12,232 nucleotides of DNA from an uncultured Deinococcales bacterium (GTDB lineage: Bacteria > Deinococcota > Deinococci > Deinococcales > JAAFIG01), in contig CAXTKV010000164.1 in NCBI GenBank assembly GCA_964244895.1, forward strand, positions 1 through 12,232, in the 5' to 3' direction. How positions within the stretch are numbered: the stretch's first letter is position 1; each line of letters starts with the position of its first letter. Shown here piece by piece: positions 7,781-12,232 of the stretch. Both the position numbers and the translations under genes were made by a program. A model generated the notes under the pieces. It ran no database searches, was not told where the DNA came from, and was given only the letters and a program-made list of their open reading frames with translations.

Positions 7781-7810
7781 TTGACACGGCGTTCTCGTGG
7801 CCTCTAGTCT
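7781..7810 (+). promoter_or_regulatory. Sigma70-type promoter of lexA
   Basis: TTGACA (7781-7786), 18-nt spacer, TAGTCT (7805-7810). Confidence 0.7.
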
Positions 7811-7811
7811 A

Positions 7812-7832
7812 GACCTACGAACTTCGTAGGTC
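7812..7832. promoter_or_regulatory. Perfect palindrome GACCTACGAA-C-TTCGTAGGTC, candidate LexA operator
   Basis: 10-1-10 perfect inverted repeat between the -10 element and the AAGGA RBS of lexA, covering the predicted transcription start. Confidence 0.7.
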
Positions 7833-7844
7833 AAGGACGACCCC

Positions 7845-8477
7845 GTGCGAGACACCCCCCAACGCAACAGCCTTTGGCAGGCCATCGTGCGCGAACTGCG
7901 CGCGAGTGGACGCTTTCCCGCGCCACACCAACTCCGTAGCACCCTCGAGATCAGTGAAAGCCGCGTCAGGCAGCTCCTCGGCGACCTCGAGCGGCACGGG
8001 TTGATTGAACGCCGAGGACTTGGTGTCGGACGCGCCCCAATTCTGACCTTGACGCCGACCGGAATCGTGCGGGCTGGGCTGGGCGTTCCCGTGATCGGCG
8101 CGATTCAGGGTGGAGCGCCCGGTGAGAGCGCCAGTGAGCAAATCAGTTTCTTCCGATTGCCAAGTAAGCCAGGACGTTTTGCCCTGCGCGTCACGGGCGA
8201 TTCGATGGCTGAAACCATTTTGGACGGGGATTACGTGTTCCTCGAGCCGAATCCTGACCCGCCCAACGGTAGGGTCTGCGCGGTGCGCGTGGGGCACGGG
8301 GACGCGACCCTCAAGCGCTTCTATCGGCGGGGGGATCAAGCTCGACTCGAGGCGAACAACCCAAGCTTCGCAGCGATCACCGCGAATCTCGAGGATATTC
8401 GTATTGAGGGCGTAATGGTCGGATTGCTGCGCGGCGATGTGGCCGAACTGGTTGGCGTGGAGGTAAGCACCGTGTAG
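7845..8477 (+). CDS. lexA: LexA-family repressor (winged HTH + S24 peptidase), 210 aa
   Basis: GTG start with AAGGA RBS. HTH region ...LERHGLIER, cleavage loop VPVIGAIQGGAP, FALRVTGDSM (Ser120), ATLKRFY (Lys157), LEANN, IEGVMVG. Heads the imuY-dnaE2 cassette. Confidence 0.92.
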   Translation: MRDTPQRNSLWQAIVRELRASGRFPAPHQLRSTLEISESRVRQLLGDLERHGLIERRGLGVGRAPILTLTPTGIVRAGLGVPVIGAIQGGAPGESASEQISFFRLPSKPGRFALRVTGDSMAETILDGDYVFLEPNPDPPNGRVCAVRVGHGDATLKRFYRRGDQARLEANNPSFAAITANLEDIRIEGVMVGLLRGDVAELVGVEVSTV

Positions 8478-8497
8478 CACACCAATTCACACAACTC

Positions 8498-8565
8498 GAG
8501 GGCGCGACGTGGCCGGAAACCGTTATCGCGCCCTCTCGAATCCCAGGACGGGTTCCCACCCGTTT
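8498..8565 (+). terminator. Two stem-loops downstream of lexA, possible terminator or RNA-stability element
   Basis: GAGGGCGCGA (8498-8507) pairs with TCGCGCCCTC (8526-8535). ACGGGT-TCCC-ACCCGT (8548-8563) is followed by only a short T run. Confidence 0.4.
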
Positions 8566-8637
8566 CAGAGTGCCGTCGTGGCTTCTCTATTCTAGACCCT
8601 TTTGCCAACCCCGTGTGAGGGAAAGAACACTGATGGG

Positions 8638-8727
8638 GACGGTGTTTCACAGCCGAGTCAAGACGGTGTTTCAAGACCCTCGTCAAGACCCCACCCAGTC
8701 TCAAGGCTCGAGACCCCTCCCAGACCC
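8638..8727 (+). repeat. Degenerate short tandem repeats upstream of imuY
   Basis: GACGGTGTTTCA at 8638 and 8662; TCAAGAC at 8658, 8671 and 8683; AGACCC at 8674, 8686, 8711 and 8722. Confidence 0.7.
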
Positions 8728-8748
8728 GCCCACACGAAGGTGAACCCG

Positions 8749-9870
8749 ATGATCGCCGCGCTGAACCTGACCCCATTCGCCTTTCACCACCTGCCCGCGA
8801 GCGATGCCCTGGCCGCGCTCGAGGACGGTCGCGTCGTGGCCGTCAACGTTACCGCCGCGTCTCGAGGTCTCGAGGTTGGGATGGGGGAGAGCGCCGCGCG
8901 GTTGAAGGTCAAGGACGCGATCCTCGTGCCGCACCGATCAACTGAACTGACCGAGCGCTGGGGGGCGCTGATCTCGGATCTCGCGGGTTTCACCCCCGAC
9001 CTCGAACCGTTGCGCGAGGGCCTGATTCTGATGCGCGTGAGCAGGGGAGAGGCCCAGCAGGTCGCGGCCCTGTTCGGCGGGCGCATCGGCCTGGGGGCGA
9101 CGCGCGAACTGGCCCTGGTAGCCAGTGCCGTGGCTCGAGCTGGTGAGGTCGTGACGGTGGACGACCGCACGGCCTTTCTGAACACCGTGCCCTTCGAGGC
9201 GCTGCGCGTCCTCGGCCTCGAGACGGACGTGATCTCCCGCCTGCGCTGGTTGGGCTTGCCGTTCGTCTGTGATCTTCTGGCCTGGTCGAAGAAACAGGTG
9301 ATGGCCTACTTCGGGGTTCACCACAAGCCGATCCTCGAGCTGCTCTACGGCTCCTCGAGTCTGATCGCCCGCTACCGCGCCCCGCTCGAGCTGATGGCCT
9401 CGCACACCTTCGAGGACTTCGTGCAGGAACCCCGAGACGTGGAACCCGTCGTCGGCTTGCTCGCTGAACGTTTGTTCCCGCGCCTTCGCGGTCGCTCACC
9501 GGGTCGGGTCGTGATCACCGCCGCCACGAGTGCTGGAAGCCGCCGTGAGACGCTCGCCACCAAACAAGCGCTGCTCAGTCCCCGGATGCTCGAGCGGGCG
9601 ATCCTGCGCCTTCTGGAGGCTTCACACGTCTGCCTCTTGGGCTTCGATCACCTCGAGCTGCGATTGAGCGAACTCAATCCGACCGGCTACAGCGTCGGGT
9701 TGTTCGTGCGCCCTGGCCCGGAACTCGCCCACGCCAAAGTGCAGCATCGCTACCCCGGCAGCCTGAAACGCTGGCGCGAGACGGAACCCTTCACTCAGGC
9801 TCGAGACCGACGGTACAGCCTGCACGACTGGACGGAGGACACCCGTGCGCCGCGTGATGCGAAGCGTTGA
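8749..9870 (+). CDS. imuY: ImuY/ImuB-like Y-family DNA polymerase homolog, probably catalytically inactive, 373 aa
   Basis: ATG at 8749 with AAGGTG RBS is preferred over TTG at 8602. GRVVAVNVTAASRGLEVGM (fingers motif), L..FTP.LEP, L.VLGL......L.WLGL....DL (thumb HhH). The palm reads EPLREGLILM in place of S-I-D-E. Lies between lexA and dnaE2. Confidence 0.85.
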   Translation: MIAALNLTPFAFHHLPASDALAALEDGRVVAVNVTAASRGLEVGMGESAARLKVKDAILVPHRSTELTERWGALISDLAGFTPDLEPLREGLILMRVSRGEAQQVAALFGGRIGLGATRELALVASAVARAGEVVTVDDRTAFLNTVPFEALRVLGLETDVISRLRWLGLPFVCDLLAWSKKQVMAYFGVHHKPILELLYGSSSLIARYRAPLELMASHTFEDFVQEPRDVEPVVGLLAERLFPRLRGRSPGRVVITAATSAGSRRETLATKQALLSPRMLERAILRLLEASHVCLLGFDHLELRLSELNPTGYSVGLFVRPGPELAHAKVQHRYPGSLKRWRETEPFTQARDRRYSLHDWTEDTRAPRDAKR

Positions 9871-10081
9871 GGTGACCGTGGAAGACGCACGGATCGTGCG
9901 GGTGTCGCTCTCGACCCGCACGTACCGGATCGAGGGCACGATTGAACACTGGCACGCCGGGATGCGCTGGTGGCGCGGCGAGTGGCCGCGCGAATACTAC
10001 TGGCTCGAGACGAGTGAGGGCTGCGTGCTCGAGGTGTACTCGGAGGTGTTCGCGTGGATGTTGAGCGCGGTTCAGGACTGA
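9845..10081 (+). CDS. Small DUF6504-like protein (resembles a detached ImuB C-terminal beta domain), 78 aa
   Basis: GTG with GGAGGA RBS. YRI...IEHW.....WW.GE.PREYY.LE....VLEVY.....WMLSAVQD. Overlaps both imuY and dnaE2. Confidence 0.8.
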   Translation: MRRVMRSVEVTVEDARIVRVSLSTRTYRIEGTIEHWHAGMRWWRGEWPREYYWLETSEGCVLEVYSEVFAWMLSAVQD

Positions 10082-12232
10082 CGAACCGGGACACGCGCAC
10101 GGGTCGTGACCGGGACACCCGCACGGGTCTCGCGGTCTTGCTCAACGCCCACAGCTTCTTCTCGTTCGGGGCGGGCGTCTCGAGTCCCCGGCGGTTGGTC
10201 GAGATCGCCGCGCAGCGGGGCTTCACGCACCTCGCGTTGACGGACGAACCCGGCGTGTACGGGTCGGTCGAACTGCACCGGGCGGCGAAAGACCACGGGA
10301 TCACCCCGATCATCGGCGCGACCCTGCCCGTCTCGTGGCTCGAGGAAACCCACCCGCTGGTGCTCTATGCGCACTCGAGACCGGCCTACGCGCGATTGAA
10401 CGCGTTGATCACCCGCGTCAACGACGGCGAGACGATCACGCTCGAGGCGGTCGCCCGCGCGAAGTTGATCGCGCTCACGGGCGGGCGTCGCGGGCGCTTC
10501 GGGCAGTACCTCGAGCGCGAGGACGTCAGCGGGGCGCGGGCCTGGCTCGAGACCCTGCGAGACCACTATGGCCAGTACGTCTTCGTGCAGTTGTTCCACG
10601 ACCAGCACCAGGGCGATGCCCGGCGGGTTCGGATCGCGCACGCCCTGGCGCTCGAGACCGGAATCAAGCCCGTTGCCGCGCCCGAGATCCGCTACGCCAG
10701 CGAGGACGGCTGGATCGTCCACGACGCCATGACCTGTGCGCGATTGAAGATCAACTTGGACGAACCGCACGCCTCGCGCCCGGTCAACGCGGGCCAGGCG
10801 ATCCAATCGCCGGAACACTACGCCTCGCGGTTCCCGTTCCCGGATGCCCTCGAGAACGCGGGTTGGCTGGCGGAGAAACTGACCTTCGAGCTTCTCCCCG
10901 AGCGCCTGACGCCGCCCAGCGTGCCCGTGCCCGAGGGCCACACGGCTTTGAGCTGGTTGCGAACGCGCTGTCTCGAGGGTGTGACACGGTTGTACCCAGC
11001 CGCTGAGCGAAACGCCGCCTTGAAGCGCTTGCGGTACGAACTCGAGACCATCGCCGGACACGAACTCGAGCACTTCTTCTTGTCCGTGGCCGAGATCACC
11101 GACCAATGCCGGGAGCGCGGCATTCTGGCCTTCGGGCGCGGTAGCGCGGCGGGCAGCGTGACGTGCTACGCGCTCGGGGTCACGGGCGTGGACCCGCTCA
11201 AGCACAATTTGTTGTTCGAGCGCTTCTTGCACGGCGGCAAAAAAATTATGCCGGATGTGGACATCGATATTTCCAGCGCCCGACGCCGCGAGGTCATTGG
11301 TTGGGTCGAGGAGCGCTTCGGCGCGGACGCTCGTACCGGCGCACAGCACGGGGCCTGCGAAGCGATGGTGGCGAACCGCATTACCTACAGACTGCCGAGC
11401 GCCGTCCAGGACGTGGCTCGAGCGCTGGGCATTCCTCCAGCGCAGGCGACGGCCCTCTCGAAGGCGTTTGGGCGCGATTACCGGGCGCTCCGCCCGTACC
11501 GCGCTCGAGACGCGCAGATCGTGTTCGACGAGATCCTCGGCGACGCGCCGATCAAGGAGACGCTCCTGGATGTGCTCAGCCGCATGGAAAGAGGCTTCGT
11601 GCGGCACATCGCGCCGCACTCGGGCGGGGTGATCCTCTCGAGCGAGTCCTTGTTTCACTACTCACCGCTCGAAACCAGCACGGGTGGCCTCCGACAGTTG
11701 GGGTTCGACAAGGACGACATCGAAAGCCTGGGACTGATCAAATACGATCTGCTCGGCCTGCGCATGTTGAGCGCGATGGAGAACGCTATCGAGGAGATCG
11801 AGAAGATGGACGGGGAAGGCCCCGTGCCGCGCGCCGGTACTCGGATCGATATCCGAACCCTGCCGGACCACCCGAAAGTCTGGTGGCGCATCGGTCGCGG
11901 CGACACCTTAGGCATGTTCCAGCTCGAGTCTCCGGGCCAGATCGCGCTCTCCGCGCAGAACAAACCCAAGAACCTGACGGAACTCGCGCACCAAGTCGCC
12001 TTGTTCCGGCCCGGTCCGATCCAGAGCGGGACGGTCGGGCCGTACAAGAACCGCAAAGGTGGTCGCGAGGCGATCACCTACGCGCACCCCTCGCTCGAGC
12101 CGATCCTGGCGAACACCTATGGGACGGTCTTGTTTCAAGAACAAGTCTTGCGAATCTGCCATCACTTCGCGGGCCTCGACTGGTTGACGGCGGACCAGTA
12201 CCGCAAGAATCTCTCGAAGTGGGAGACCGAGG
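10054..12232 (+). CDS. dnaE2: Error-prone DNA polymerase III alpha subunit DnaE2 (ImuC), 5' part; runs off the window end
   Basis: Missing from the ORF track because there is no stop in the window. GTG at 10054 with GGAGGT RBS. Degenerate PHP domain NAHSFFSFGAG...LALTD...PIIGA, GRGSAAGSV.CYALGVT.VDP...LLFERFL, catalytic PDVDID, RHIAPHSGG, DKDDIESLGLIKYDLLGL, GMFQLES, ALFRPGP, TYG..LFQEQ. Confidence 0.96.
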   Translation, partial: MDVERGSGLTNRDTRTGRDRDTRTGLAVLLNAHSFFSFGAGVSSPRRLVEIAAQRGFTHLALTDEPGVYGSVELHRAAKDHGITPIIGATLPVSWLEETHPLVLYAHSRPAYARLNALITRVNDGETITLEAVARAKLIALTGGRRGRFGQYLEREDVSGARAWLETLRDHYGQYVFVQLFHDQHQGDARRVRIAHALALETGIKPVAAPEIRYASEDGWIVHDAMTCARLKINLDEPHASRPVNAGQAIQSPEHYASRFPFPDALENAGWLAEKLTFELLPERLTPPSVPVPEGHTALSWLRTRCLEGVTRLYPAAERNAALKRLRYELETIAGHELEHFFLSVAEITDQCRERGILAFGRGSAAGSVTCYALGVTGVDPLKHNLLFERFLHGGKKIMPDVDIDISSARRREVIGWVEERFGADARTGAQHGACEAMVANRITYRLPSAVQDVARALGIPPAQATALSKAFGRDYRALRPYRARDAQIVFDEILGDAPIKETLLDVLSRMERGFVRHIAPHSGGVILSSESLFHYSPLETSTGGLRQLGFDKDDIESLGLIKYDLLGLRMLSAMENAIEEIEKMDGEGPVPRAGTRIDIRTLPDHPKVWWRIGRGDTLGMFQLESPGQIALSAQNKPKNLTELAHQVALFRPGPIQSGTVGPYKNRKGGREAITYAHPSLEPILANTYGTVLFQEQVLRICHHFAGLDWLTADQYRKNLSKWETE
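10085..10129 (+). repeat. 24-bp-period tandem duplication in the dnaE2 5' end
   Basis: ACCGGGACACGCGCACGGGTC (10085-10105) and ACCGGGACACCCGCACGGGTC (10109-10129), 20/21 identical, in frame (RDTRTG twice). Confidence 0.85.

Noticed and set aside
8638..8727. CRISPR array or iteron origin
   Set aside because: Repeats are 6-12 bp, degenerate and lack unique 30-40 bp spacers. No cas or rep gene in the window.
8602..8748. TTG at 8602 as the imuY start (422 aa)
   Set aside because: No RBS and a low-complexity extension. ATG at 8749 has an RBS and matches where Y-family proteins begin. Kept only as a low-interest possibility.
10072..11658. 528-aa minus-strand ORF
   Set aside because: Antisense shadow of dnaE2, which has all the expected motifs on the plus strand.
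1..12232. tRNA, rRNA or known riboswitch
   Set aside because: No cloverleaf or recognisable conserved RNA motif seen in the short intergenic regions. A covariance-model (Rfam) search was not possible.

Overview
GC-rich bacterial accessory region. The lexA-imuY-small ORF-dnaE2 layout suggests Deinococcota (inference). From left to right: (1) the left part of an IS256-family element whose transposase is frameshifted by a 40-bp insertion, abutting a decayed GH114/TM1410-like glycoside hydrolase fragment; (2) a candidate three-gene NLR-like protease module: a tandem Trypco2-like protein (+), a stand-alone CHAT caspase-like protease (-) and a NACHT NTPase with about 10 LRV/HEAT-like repeats and no N-terminal effector (-), where an AT-rich block covers the sensor repeats and the CHAT N-terminus; (3) a convergent TcmP methyltransferase-like / DUF5131 three-Cys pair; (4) a lexA-imuY-DUF6504-like-dnaE2 mutagenesis cassette running off the right edge, with a perfect 21-bp palindrome at the lexA promoter. 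The palindrome CTCGAG occurs about 80 times by manual count, roughly 20-fold above random expectation. All family calls come from motifs recognised by eye; no database searches were run.
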